From sequence record SRR20825019_114: 21,563 bases of DNA. The stretch is one strand, 5' to 3'. Made by a program: the position numbers and the translations under genes. Below, piece by piece: positions 1 through 8,904 of the stretch (position 1 is its first letter; each line of letters starts with the position of its first letter). The notes below the pieces were generated by a model, which did not search any database, had not been told where the DNA came from, and saw only the letters and a list, made by a program, of their open reading frames with translations.

Positions 1-1
1 C

Positions 2-883
2 ATCAACAATATTGTCCGCAATGCAAATGACGCTCAAAAAGCCAAATATCTGCCTCGTTTCCTGAAAGGGGCTATCGGGGCACTTGGCCTCACGGAACCG
101 GGCGCGGGCTCAGATGCGCTCGGCTCTATGGCAACAACCGCCACGCGCGACGGTGACCATTATGTGCTCAATGGCCGCAAGATGTTTATCACCAATGGGC
201 CGGTGGCCGATATCCTGCTCATCTACGCCAAAACCAACCCGAGCGCAGGCGCGCACGGCATATCTGCTTTCATTGTGGAAAAAGAATTCCCCGGTTTTCA
301 GGTCGCCCAAAAGCTTGATAAAATGGGCTGGCGCGGCAGCCCGACCGGCGAACTTGTTTTTGATGATTGCCGCGTGCCCGCTGAAAATCTTGTCGGGGCT
401 GAGAACGGCGGTGTTGCTGTTGTGATGAGCGGGCTGAATATCGAGCGGGTATTGCTGTGTGTTTCCACCATCGGCGTGGCACAGCGTGCGCTTGATCTTT
501 CAGTCGCCTACGCAAAAGAACGTCAGCAGTTTGGCAAACCCATCGCGCATTTCCAGCTTGTGCAAGGCCTTTTGGCTGACATGTATACGGATGTGGAGAC
601 CATGCGTGCAACCAGCTATCAGCTCCTGAAGGAAGTGAATAATCTGGAGCGCGGCGGCGGCGGGCGGGGGCCCGTGCATATGCGCACGGCCATGACAGCC
701 CTGCACACCGGTCGCGCACTGATGCGGGTTCTGGACAGCGCCGTGCAAATCCATGGCGGCATGGGTTTCATGCGCGAGACGGAGGTGAACCGCCTGTATC
801 GCAGCGGTAAGGTGATTGAAATTGGCGCTGGCACCAATCAGGTGCGACAATCCATCATCGCACAGGAAATGTTGAAGGCTTAA
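2..883 (+). CDS. Acyl-CoA dehydrogenase, isovaleryl-CoA dehydrogenase-like (5' end outside the window)
   Basis: The frame is open from base 2 (INNIVRNANDAQKAKYLPRFLKGAIGALGLTEPGAGSDA...). ACAD motifs: LTEPGAGSD, LNGRKMFITNG, KMGWRGSPT, RQQFGKPI, QIHGGMG. GLNIER (helix-G Glu) plus EIGAGT (Ala at the MCAD Glu position) is the IVD-type arrangement. Confidence 0.9.
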   Translation: MNNIVRNANDAQKAKYLPRFLKGAIGALGLTEPGAGSDALGSMATTATRDGDHYVLNGRKMFITNGPVADILLIYAKTNPSAGAHGISAFIVEKEFPGFQVAQKLDKMGWRGSPTGELVFDDCRVPAENLVGAENGGVAVVMSGLNIERVLLCVSTIGVAQRALDLSVAYAKERQQFGKPIAHFQLVQGLLADMYTDVETMRATSYQLLKEVNNLERGGGGRGPVHMRTAMTALHTGRALMRVLDSAVQIHGGMGFMRETEVNRLYRSGKVIEIGAGTNQVRQSIIAQEMLKA

Positions 884-931
884 CGGGCACAAAAACAAAA
901 GGTAAGCACAATGCATGACGGGGGAACAGGC

Positions 932-2605
932 ATGACAGATCAACAAATCGCATCAGGCCATGTGCTTGAGAACATTGCCCACTGGCGCAATGTCCAGTCC
1001 GACACACCGTGGCTTGTGGACATGAAAGGCGGCCAGCCAGGGCAGACATTCACATGGGCCGAAGGTGGTGCGGTTATCGATAAAGCGTCGTGTGCCATCA
1101 AAGCCACGCTGAAGGTGGCGGGCAAAAAAGCCGCGATCCTTTCCCGCAACCGCGCGCACTGGATACTGGCGGACCTTTCCATCCTGAGCGCAGGCATGAC
1201 CACGGTGCCGGTATTTACCACCATGCGCCCGGAAACCTTCCACTACGTGCTGGATTTTGCGGGTGTTGAGCTTCTGTTTCTGGGCGAAAGCGCAAACTGG
1301 GGTGAAGTGAAAGCGCACCTGCCGGGCGGCATCACCATCATTACCCTGCCGGGCGTGGACACGGCGGAGGGTGACATGACGTGGGATGAGTTCCTGCGAC
1401 TTGGCGACAGTGTACCAACCCCCAAAGTGGATACAGACGCTGTCGCCACGATCATCTTCACCTCTGGCACGACAGGCAAACCCAAAGGGGTGATGCACAG
1501 CCTGAGCACGCTTGAGCGGGCGACAGATGGCTTGGTGGAAGAGACAGAATCCACGCCAAGTTGGCGCTTCTTCTCATACCTGCCGCTGGCGCACCTGGCT
1601 GAACGGCTGGTTATTGAGCTGCATTCTATCCGCGTTGGTGGCACCATCCATTTCAATGAAGGACTGGAGAGCTTTGGCGCTGACCTCCAGTATGCCAAAC
1701 CTGACTATTTCTTCGGTGTACCAAGCATATGGGAGAAAATGGTGCAGGCCGTTCTCGCGGGCGCTGGCGGTGATGCGGCGGCGCTTAAAGCCGCCCTCAC
1801 CGGGCCAAATGCCGCGATGGTTGCGGCAGGCGTGCGGGAAAAACTTGGCCTCGCGAGCGTGAAATCAATGCTCTCTACCACAGCACCGGTGCCGCCCGCG
1901 ATCAAGGAATGGTTTGATCTTTTTGGCCTGAGCCTGCTTGACGGTTACGGCCAGACAGAAATCTTGCCCATCACCACCACGTCAGGGCATGAGCCACGCA
2001 AAGGCAGTGTTGGCAAGGCAACAAGCGGTGTTGAACTGAAGCTGACAGAAGAAGGCGAGCTTCTGGTGCGCGGTCCGGGCCGCAGCCTTGGGTATTATAA
2101 CGCGCCAGACAAAAACGCTGAGACCTTCCAGGGAGACTGGGTTCACACCGGTGACCGCGCCTTTATTGACGAGGACGGCTATGTATTCCTCCGCGGCCGG
2201 GTCAAGGAAACCTTCAAAACCGGTAAGGGCAAATATGTTGCCCCCGGCCCGATGGAAACCGAATTTCAGCAATCCGAGTATGTGGAGCAGACCTGCATCG
2301 TTGGCCACGGGCTACCGCAGCCGGTCGCCCTGATCGTGCCGTCTGAGACAGCACGCGCTTTAGACGCCGCCGAGCTTGAGGCCAAAATCATGGCCCTGAC
2401 CATGCACATTAATGAAGCAGCGGAGAAACACGCCCGTATTGGTGCCATACTCATCTGCCTTGAACCCTGGACGATTGAAAACGCCATACTGACCCACACA
2501 ATGAAAGTGCGGCGCAGCCATGTACTTGACCGGTTCGAGAAGCATATAAGCGACGTGGCGTCAAGGATCAGCGGTTCTCACGTTGAGCTGACTTACGCGG
2601 ACTAA
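932..2605 (+). CDS. AMP-binding long-chain acyl-CoA synthetase (FadD-like)
   Basis: Motifs IIFTSGTTGKPKG, SYLPLAH, GYGQTE, HTGD and GRVKETFKTGKGKYVAP. ATG at 932 follows a purine-rich GGGGAACAGG; alternative start at 911. Confidence 0.9.
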   Translation: MTDQQIASGHVLENIAHWRNVQSDTPWLVDMKGGQPGQTFTWAEGGAVIDKASCAIKATLKVAGKKAAILSRNRAHWILADLSILSAGMTTVPVFTTMRPETFHYVLDFAGVELLFLGESANWGEVKAHLPGGITIITLPGVDTAEGDMTWDEFLRLGDSVPTPKVDTDAVATIIFTSGTTGKPKGVMHSLSTLERATDGLVEETESTPSWRFFSYLPLAHLAERLVIELHSIRVGGTIHFNEGLESFGADLQYAKPDYFFGVPSIWEKMVQAVLAGAGGDAAALKAALTGPNAAMVAAGVREKLGLASVKSMLSTTAPVPPAIKEWFDLFGLSLLDGYGQTEILPITTTSGHEPRKGSVGKATSGVELKLTEEGELLVRGPGRSLGYYNAPDKNAETFQGDWVHTGDRAFIDEDGYVFLRGRVKETFKTGKGKYVAPGPMETEFQQSEYVEQTCIVGHGLPQPVALIVPSETARALDAAELEAKIMALTMHINEAAEKHARIGAILICLEPWTIENAILTHTMKVRRSHVLDRFEKHISDVASRISGSHVELTYAD

Positions 2606-2633
2606 CCCTCTCAGCCAGTCGGCCTAGCCACAA

Positions 2634-3305
2634 TCAGGTCGCATGACCCACAGGTTGTTTGCCACTGGCGAGCGCGTTGGCAAAATCATGGTTCCTGTCC
2701 CGGTGCCCTGCCTCATCAGCGCGCACGGCCTTCACAACATCGGCCAGCCTTGCATCTGGTGGCAAGTCCCAATAGTCAATAGCAATCTGCGGCGCAGGTA
2801 GATCTTCATGCCGCCCGGCTTCAATTTCCGCCAAATACTGGCTGTAGCTTGTGACAGCCTCTTCCTCGAAGTACCCCACCACTCGATGTGCGGTCTTTGG
2901 CGCGAACAGATAGAGGAAAAAGTAGCAGTTATAAAATATAAGCTGCACAACCATGATTAGGGCGCGTTCAAGAAAGCTTGGTTTGGCAATCTCGATGAAG
3001 GTCATCAGGTGCATGCGCTCATTTTCGGCTTCTTCAAGCAGCTCACGGATGAAACCTTCATCATCCCTGATCTGGCGCAGGCATTTGAGGTGCTGCAAAA
3101 GCCCCCCCACCATACCGGGCACCGCAGCTACTGTTTCAAGAACAACGGCCCGGTGGCCATACCGCTTGGCGAAAAAGGTATCCGCGAAGAACCGCAGGAA
3201 TTTCACAAAGGTAAAAGCAAGGCGGTCGCTCAGGTTTTGAACCTCATGATGCACGCCCGTAACAGGCGCCCTGTTGGCTGTGCCTTGTTGTGCTTTTGCT
3301 TTCAT
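2634..3305 (-). CDS. aox: Alternative oxidase (di-iron ubiquinol oxidase)
   Basis: AOX signatures [31 protein letters not shown] and RADEAGH. AAGGAGG Shine-Dalgarno precedes the ATG. Confidence 0.96.
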   Translation of the reverse strand: MKAKAQQGTANRAPVTGVHHEVQNLSDRLAFTFVKFLRFFADTFFAKRYGHRAVVLETVAAVPGMVGGLLQHLKCLRQIRDDEGFIRELLEEAENERMHLMTFIEIAKPSFLERALIMVVQLIFYNCYFFLYLFAPKTAHRVVGYFEEEAVTSYSQYLAEIEAGRHEDLPAPQIAIDYWDLPPDARLADVVKAVRADEAGHRDRNHDFANALASGKQPVGHAT

Positions 3306-3407
3306 CGCATGCCTCCTTGGTTGCGTTGCCGCCAGACGACCAGCTCAGAACAAACCTTGGCCTCGTGCGACCCCATAAATATAGCGTGCAAATAAGCCGA
3401 AAATATT

Positions 3408-3422
3408 GCGACACCCTGCCGC
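3408..3422 (-). promoter_or_regulatory. Putative RegA/RegR/ActR (PrrA) binding box upstream of aox
   Basis: The minus strand reads GCGGC-AGGGT-GTCGC, an exact match to the GCGGC-N5-GTCGC RegR-box consensus. It lies about 100 bp upstream of the aox start, just upstream of a candidate -10 (TATATT, 3378-3383). Confidence 0.65.
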
Positions 3423-3446
3423 GCGTCAAAGCGCGCAGGGCAAAAT

Positions 3447-4538
3447 TTATTCAGCTTCCTTGGGGCCGCAATCAAGGATCATGGGGTCAAATACCCCGCC
3501 GATGAGAAAGCGGTTACCGGCTGGCGCGGCCACGCTTGAGCCAGACAGGGGCTCACCGTCATTAAGGTAAATTTCTTCCATATCGAATGCTGTGCCATCA
3601 AACGTAAGCCTAAGCACTTGAGACGGTGAGCGGTTGGCCGCGTCTTTTGCATGGCCGGGAAATTTAAGCGCGATGGCGTGCGAGCCAATCCAGATGCTGC
3701 CGTCCTCACCCCATTCAATATTATCAAGCGTTGTACCCGTATCAAACTCAGCCTTCAGGGTCAGCCCGCCATCGTCCGCGCGATCATAAGCCAAAATGCG
3801 GCTGCCTGTTGTTTCTGCCACCAACACCGTTCCCCCGTCATCGCTGACTTGAATGCCGTTCGGGTACACGAGGCCGCCGACCATACGCGTGACGGTAAAT
3901 TCGTTGCCGCGCGCGATACCGCCGCGGGGAAGGCGCGCAAAGGTCTCAATCACCTTGCCAAATGGTGTCTCACTGCCCTTATCAATCGTGGCGTAAAAAC
4001 TGTCGGGCCCATCGGCGGCGACATCATTCAAGCTGAAGCCGTCACTTGGTTTTACCGAACGGATGTGGCGCAGGCTGTCGTCAAGAATTTCAAAGACCTC
4101 AACCTGCGAGCCAGCATTATCCATCGTGACCTCGCCATCACCCTTGTTGGGGTGATTGACAACAAACAAACGGTCCCGCCCGCCGGTCGGGTTTTTCCAA
4201 AGCGAGATGCCGTGCGGATGAAATGATGTTGTCATATCATGCGGGATCACGAGTGGTGCCGCCATACTGCCGGGGCGATAGCGATAGATGCCACCCTCAG
4301 ACACGCCCGTGCGCATCCACTCCCGCCGGTCATGCGATGAGATATAGGCAAAGCCGGACGCGTGATCGACGGTAATATCTTCCGCGCCGATGACACCCTG
4401 CACAGCCGTGCAGCTTCCTGCAAAATGCGGTTCAATCGTCTTGAACGCACCGCCATCGATGACCGTATCCAGAACAAATAATGCAGCGGCACCCAGTACG
4501 ACGCCCGCGCCAATAATTAGCGGCTTCTTTCTCATCAT
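3447..4538 (-). CDS. Paraoxonase/arylesterase (PON-like six-bladed beta-propeller lactonase) with N-terminal signal anchor
   Basis: Motifs GAEDI, FHPHGIS, LFVVNHP, SQVEVF, LNDV, YPNGI, LDNI, GSH, SPSQVLR and SGSSVA parallel serum paraoxonase. Start placed at MMRKK (4538) after GGGGGA, followed by a hydrophobic segment. Confidence 0.85.
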   Translation of the reverse strand: MMRKKPLIIGAGVVLGAAALFVLDTVIDGGAFKTIEPHFAGSCTAVQGVIGAEDITVDHASGFAYISSHDRREWMRTGVSEGGIYRYRPGSMAAPLVIPHDMTTSFHPHGISLWKNPTGGRDRLFVVNHPNKGDGEVTMDNAGSQVEVFEILDDSLRHIRSVKPSDGFSLNDVAADGPDSFYATIDKGSETPFGKVIETFARLPRGGIARGNEFTVTRMVGGLVYPNGIQVSDDGGTVLVAETTGSRILAYDRADDGGLTLKAEFDTGTTLDNIEWGEDGSIWIGSHAIALKFPGHAKDAANRSPSQVLRLTFDGTAFDMEEIYLNDGEPLSGSSVAAPAGNRFLIGGVFDPMILDCGPKEAE

Positions 4539-4735
4539 AATCCCCCGACAAATGATTCTTGTCCTAAACCTTCTTATCAGTGTGGTGCATTCGTGCACGA
4601 ATTCAACTCAAACTCACAGAAATGGCCTCCAATACACTTAACTGTTGCTGAAATCGCTAACAGGCGGCAAAACATCCGTTATTGCTGGTATAAATACCCA
4701 AGATACGTTTAAAAGAGCGCTGTTCGGGGAGAAAT

Positions 4736-5599
4736 ATGACAGAGCGTCAACAAATTTCGCTGCTTATTGTCTTGTGGCTGGTGGTTGGAGCAGTGGCAAT
4801 TCAGGTTGCCATAGCGCCCTCACCCACCTTCAGCCTGTGGCAGGAAATCACAGGCGTTTTTGAGCCCGACGGCAACAGCCTTCATGCCGCTGAGGGTGAC
4901 AACGAACCATTCCACCCTTCCGCAGATGCCATGGCAGACGTTGACCGCACCCTTGAGGCTGCGCGCGCGAACGATAAGCTTGCGCTTATTGTGCTTGGGG
5001 CCAACTGGTGCCATGACAGTTTGGGGCTGACCGACCACTTCCGCACACCTGATATGCAACGGGTTCTAAGCGAAAAGTATGAGCTTTTGCTGGTTGACGT
5101 TGGGTATCTTGAGCACGGTACCGACATCGTGCAGCGCTTTGGCCACCCGATCATATACGGTACACCCACAGTGTTGGTGATCGACCCGGAAACCGGACAA
5201 CAGGTGAATGAGAAGAGCATGCACCAGTGGCGTGCCGCCGCAAGCATCAGCCTAGCAGACACAATTCGCCACTTTGAAGGCCTGAAGGTTTCTCCTTCTG
5301 CGCCGCACTCTCCTGCCTCACCAGAATTGCAGACGGCGCTTGCGGAGATCGACGCGTTTGAGAATGCACAAGCAGCACGAATTGCCGTGGCATACGAACA
5401 CCTGAGCCCCCTGATTGCGCTTGAGCGAAAGGACCGCCCGGCCAACTTCTATGAGCTGTGGGAACAGGTGCGTGTGATGCGCTACAAAATCACCGAAGAC
5501 CTGGCCACATTGCGGGCGATCGCACGGCGGCAATCCGCATTAGATGCTGCAGAAATTTCGCTGGATTTTCCAACCTATCCTAAATTTGATTGGGAATAA
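4736..5599 (+). CDS. Membrane-anchored thioredoxin-fold protein with WCHDS (CxxS) motif and helical C-terminal extension
   Basis: N-terminal TM segment (LLIVLWLVVGAVAIQVAI), LIVLGANWCHDS, and cis-Pro loop YGTPTVLVID. GGGGAG precedes the ATG. Confidence 0.8.
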   Translation: MTERQQISLLIVLWLVVGAVAIQVAIAPSPTFSLWQEITGVFEPDGNSLHAAEGDNEPFHPSADAMADVDRTLEAARANDKLALIVLGANWCHDSLGLTDHFRTPDMQRVLSEKYELLLVDVGYLEHGTDIVQRFGHPIIYGTPTVLVIDPETGQQVNEKSMHQWRAAASISLADTIRHFEGLKVSPSAPHSPASPELQTALAEIDAFENAQAARIAVAYEHLSPLIALERKDRPANFYELWEQVRVMRYKITEDLATLRAIARRQSALDAAEISLDFPTYPKFDWE

Positions 5600-5654
5600 G
5601 CTACATCACTGCATAAACTATCCTCATTGCTTCACTGAGGAACGGGAGACTTCG

Positions 5655-6170
5655 ATGAAATGGCTTGTCATCATCTGTGCACTGGCACTGTCCGCCAATG
5701 CTGCCGCCGCACAACAGCCTCTTCCGGCCCTTGAGGCACCTAACGTACGTCAACAAGCTCCGAACCTTATCACCGGCGGCCACCCCAGCCGAGGCGACCT
5801 TGAGACATTGAAAGAATCCGGCATTACCACGGTAATTAACCTGCAAGGCCTTGAAGAGGGTAGCCTGGAAGAGGCCGCGATAGCCGATGAGCTTGGCCTG
5901 CATTATATTGCCCTGCCCGTCACCGGCCGAAATGACCTGACATTTGAAAATGCCGAAAAATTGGATGCCGCGCTTAAGCTTGCCGATGGCCCAACCTTTT
6001 TGCATTGCGCATCAAGCAATCGTGTGGGCGCGCTTATGGCTTTACGCGCTTTTCATGTACAGAAAATGAGCCCGGTGGATGCGTTGAAAGTGGGCAAAGA
6101 TGCAGGTTTGGCTAGTCTGGCCTCAACTGTGGAAGCACTGATTGAAACTACGAACAAGCGCGTACAATAG
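5655..6170 (+). CDS. Exported DUF442/Blh-like cysteine phosphatase- or sulfurtransferase-fold protein
   Basis: Signal peptide MKWLVIICALALSANAAAA, GITTVINL, and active-site loop LHCASSNR. GGGAG RBS lies before ATG 5655; the ORF-track start at 5544 overlaps the upstream gene. Confidence 0.8.
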   Translation: MKWLVIICALALSANAAAAQQPLPALEAPNVRQQAPNLITGGHPSRGDLETLKESGITTVINLQGLEEGSLEEAAIADELGLHYIALPVTGRNDLTFENAEKLDAALKLADGPTFLHCASSNRVGALMALRAFHVQKMSPVDALKVGKDAGLASLASTVEALIETTNKRVQ

Positions 6171-6175
6171 AGCCT

Positions 6176-6796
6176 CTAATAATCAATGCCCTGCTTGGCT
6201 TTAATGCCATTCTCAAACGGATGGCGAACTGCCTTGATCTCAGAGACCATGTCGGCCACGACAACAAGCGCTTCTGGCGCATTCCTACCTGTCACCATAA
6301 CAGAAGTGCGGTCCGAGCGAGCTTCCAAACCCGCCAACACCTCTGCCACATCAAGGTAATCGTAGCGCAGCACTATATTAAGCTCATCCAACAGGATGAA
6401 GTCATACACGCCGCTTTCCATCATCGTCCAGCTTTGCGCCCAGGCCTTTTCCGCTGATGCGATGTCCTGAGCACGGTCTTGGGTGTCCCAGGTAAAACCA
6501 TCCCCCATCACATACATATCCACGAGGTTGGGGTAACGCGTAAAAAACTCTTTCTCGCCTGTTTTCCAAGCGCCTTTTACAAACTGTACTATGCCAACCT
6601 TGTGGCCCCAGCCTAGAGCACGGATCACGGTCCCAAACCCCGCTGTGGACTTGCCTTTACCGTCGCCCGTATTGATCATCAAAAGCCCACGCTCTGTTTG
6701 CTTCTTCTCACGCATCTTGGCGCGGTGCTCAGCCTGCTGGCGTTTCATCGCTTCATTATGCGCGGTGTTAGTTTCATCTTGTCGGCGATCGGCCAT
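6176..6796 (-). CDS. cobO: Cob(I)alamin/cob(I)yrinic acid a,c-diamide adenosyltransferase
   Basis: P-loop TGDGKGKST, VQFVKG, GDGFTW, LLDEL, VTGR and C-terminal HPFENGIKAKQGIDY. Start placed at MADRRQ (6796). Confidence 0.95.
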   Translation of the reverse strand: MADRRQDETNTAHNEAMKRQQAEHRAKMREKKQTERGLLMINTGDGKGKSTAGFGTVIRALGWGHKVGIVQFVKGAWKTGEKEFFTRYPNLVDMYVMGDGFTWDTQDRAQDIASAEKAWAQSWTMMESGVYDFILLDELNIVLRYDYLDVAEVLAGLEARSDRTSVMVTGRNAPEALVVVADMVSEIKAVRHPFENGIKAKQGIDY

Positions 6797-6886
6797 TCGT
6801 CTTCTCGTTTCTGCATAAGCTGGAAGCCGGACCATATTCCCACAGCCCGGCTCCCGATCATAACGACATTGCTGCAAATACCGACC

Positions 6887-8761
6887 CTAAAAGCGGGTAC
6901 GTACACCACCAAACACTGAAAGCCCCGGCGTGCCGTAGCCAAGTACCTGCTGGTAGCTCTCATCCAACAGGTTATCAACCCGGCCATAAAGTTCAACGGT
7001 GTCGTTCAGCTTATAGGCAGCGCGCAGGTCAACACGTGTCCATGCCGGTGCATAGGCCCCGCTGCTGTCCAGCTCCTTGCCATTATAAGTAAGCGATACA
7101 AGCCCGGAGAGACGATCCGTCGGTGTCCAGTTGACCGCCGCGTAGGCCTGATCTTTGGGACGACGCACCAGCACAGTGTCCGTATCCCGGTCTTTCGCTG
7201 ATGTGTGAGTGTAGTTTGCATTGACAGAAAGGCTGTCAGACAGATGAGCGTCCACTGTCAATTCAATACCCTTTGCCCGCGCGCGGGACACATTCTGGTA
7301 GCCGCCTGTGAAGGTGAAGATAATCAAATCTTCGGTACGTTGGTCGAAATAGGTTGCACCCATGGTCACATGGTCATCAAGAAAGCTTTGGCGAACCCCC
7401 ACTTCCCAAGCCTTCGCGCGCTCAGGCTGCAAATCCGGGTTAGAATCAAAACCGCAGCATGAATAGGTCAATTGGAAGATCGTTGGCGCCTTGAAGCCTT
7501 CACCCCAGTTCGCGATGACTTGCGTGCCTGTTTCTTCAAACAGGTAAGACATGGACACTTCAGCGTTTGTTGTGCCACCAAAAGTTTCGTGGTCGTCATA
7601 ACGCACGCCGCCGGTTAGCGTCAGGCCCGACACGCCCTCATATGACAGCGACGCAAACACGCTATCGGTGCTGATAGCTTCAGCTGATTGGGTTTCTGCC
7701 TTGACCTCTTCGTGCTGCAAACCGGTTGTGAACAGCATTTCGTCGGAGAGCGTGAGCGTGCCTAGATAGTCAAAGTTCATCCGCTCACCTTTGGCACTGT
7801 AACTTTCAACACCACCAGAGAAGCTTGTGCGCTCGATCTCTGAATATTCAACCGACGCGGTGTTTTTCACCACACCGTCCCAAAGGTCGAACAAGCCACG
7901 TGCTGCGAGAGATATCTCTTCGCTTTTGCTCAGGTCATCTGTATCACCGAGCGCATAGCTGCCGTCCCCCTGCAGGGCAAAACCGTCATACTCACTATCG
8001 CTGTCGCTGTAGTTCGCCATCAATTCGATACGCGCAGCCTCGGAAATTTTGGTAGAAAATTTGCCCCGCAAGGTCAGGTTTTCATACCCGTCACGCTCGC
8101 TATTACCGTCTTCGCTATCTGCCGCTGAAATACCGTCAGTATCCCTGTAACTGGCGCTCAAGCTATATCCAATACGGTCGGTCCCGCCGTTAACGGCTCC
8201 GCCCGCACGGAAGCTGTTGTAGGAGCCGTATTCCGCGAACGCATTGCCGTTCAAACCGTCTGTGCCAGACTTGGTGATGATATTGATCACGCCGCCCATA
8301 GCGTCAGAGCCGTAAAGCACCGCCTGCGGGCCACGCAGCACCTCAATCCGCTCAACACCGTTGGGGTCAAGGTTGGCAAAATCGAACGCACCGCCGGTAA
8401 CCGAGGGGTCGTTCACCTGTACACCGTCAACCAGCACAACGGTCTGGTCGGTGCTTGCGCCGCGGATGCTGACAAAAGCCGTACCGCCAAAAGTGCCGTT
8501 CTGGTTAATGGTAACACCCGGCACGCTTTGAAGCGCATCAAGGACAAAGGTATATTGGTTTGCTTCCAATGAAGCTTCGCCAATCACGCTAATGCTTTTC
8601 CCAACACTTGTGATCGGTTGCGCGCGGCGGTTTGCGGTTATAACCACCTCTTCCACATCAAAAGATGCGTCAAAAGCTGCGTCTTGCGCATAGGCTTTGG
8701 TGGCACCTGTTAGCGCCGTGGTAACGACAAGAGCCGTTTTAAAAGATAGGGATCTGGACAC
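6887..8761 (-). CDS. btuB: TonB-dependent vitamin B12 receptor
   Basis: Signal peptide ending AYA, TonB box EEVVITANR, plug motifs SIRGA and ERIEVLRGPQAVLYGSDAMGGVINIITK, C-terminal Phe. It lies directly downstream of a cobalamin riboswitch and upstream of cobO. GTG start with GGAG SD. Confidence 0.9.
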   Translation of the reverse strand: MSRSLSFKTALVVTTALTGATKAYAQDAAFDASFDVEEVVITANRRAQPITSVGKSISVIGEASLEANQYTFVLDALQSVPGVTINQNGTFGGTAFVSIRGASTDQTVVLVDGVQVNDPSVTGGAFDFANLDPNGVERIEVLRGPQAVLYGSDAMGGVINIITKSGTDGLNGNAFAEYGSYNSFRAGGAVNGGTDRIGYSLSASYRDTDGISAADSEDGNSERDGYENLTLRGKFSTKISEAARIELMANYSDSDSEYDGFALQGDGSYALGDTDDLSKSEEISLAARGLFDLWDGVVKNTASVEYSEIERTSFSGGVESYSAKGERMNFDYLGTLTLSDEMLFTTGLQHEEVKAETQSAEAISTDSVFASLSYEGVSGLTLTGGVRYDDHETFGGTTNAEVSMSYLFEETGTQVIANWGEGFKAPTIFQLTYSCCGFDSNPDLQPERAKAWEVGVRQSFLDDHVTMGATYFDQRTEDLIIFTFTGGYQNVSRARAKGIELTVDAHLSDSLSVNANYTHTSAKDRDTDTVLVRRPKDQAYAAVNWTPTDRLSGLVSLTYNGKELDSSGAYAPAWTRVDLRAAYKLNDTVELYGRVDNLLDESYQQVLGYGTPGLSVFGGVRTRF

Positions 8762-8904
8762 GTTTCAAACTCCAATAAAGGACCATAAGGTCATATAACT
8801 GCTGGAGTTTGTCTGATCGTGTCTGACAAGCTCCGTACACAGCGTTGAGCTTGTCGCCTGTACGGAGTTCCGCTCTCACCGGTTAACCCGACCGCGAGAT
8901 GGGC

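Noticed and set aside
3417-3430. TTGAC half-site upstream of aox as an FNR/FixK box
   Set aside because: The second half-site (ATCAA/GTCAA) is absent at 4-bp spacing.
5544-5654. Longer ORF-track N-termini (5544, also 4598, 6877 and 9200)
   Set aside because: Downstream ATGs fit better: they have SD-like sequences and/or put signal peptides or typical family N-termini at the start.
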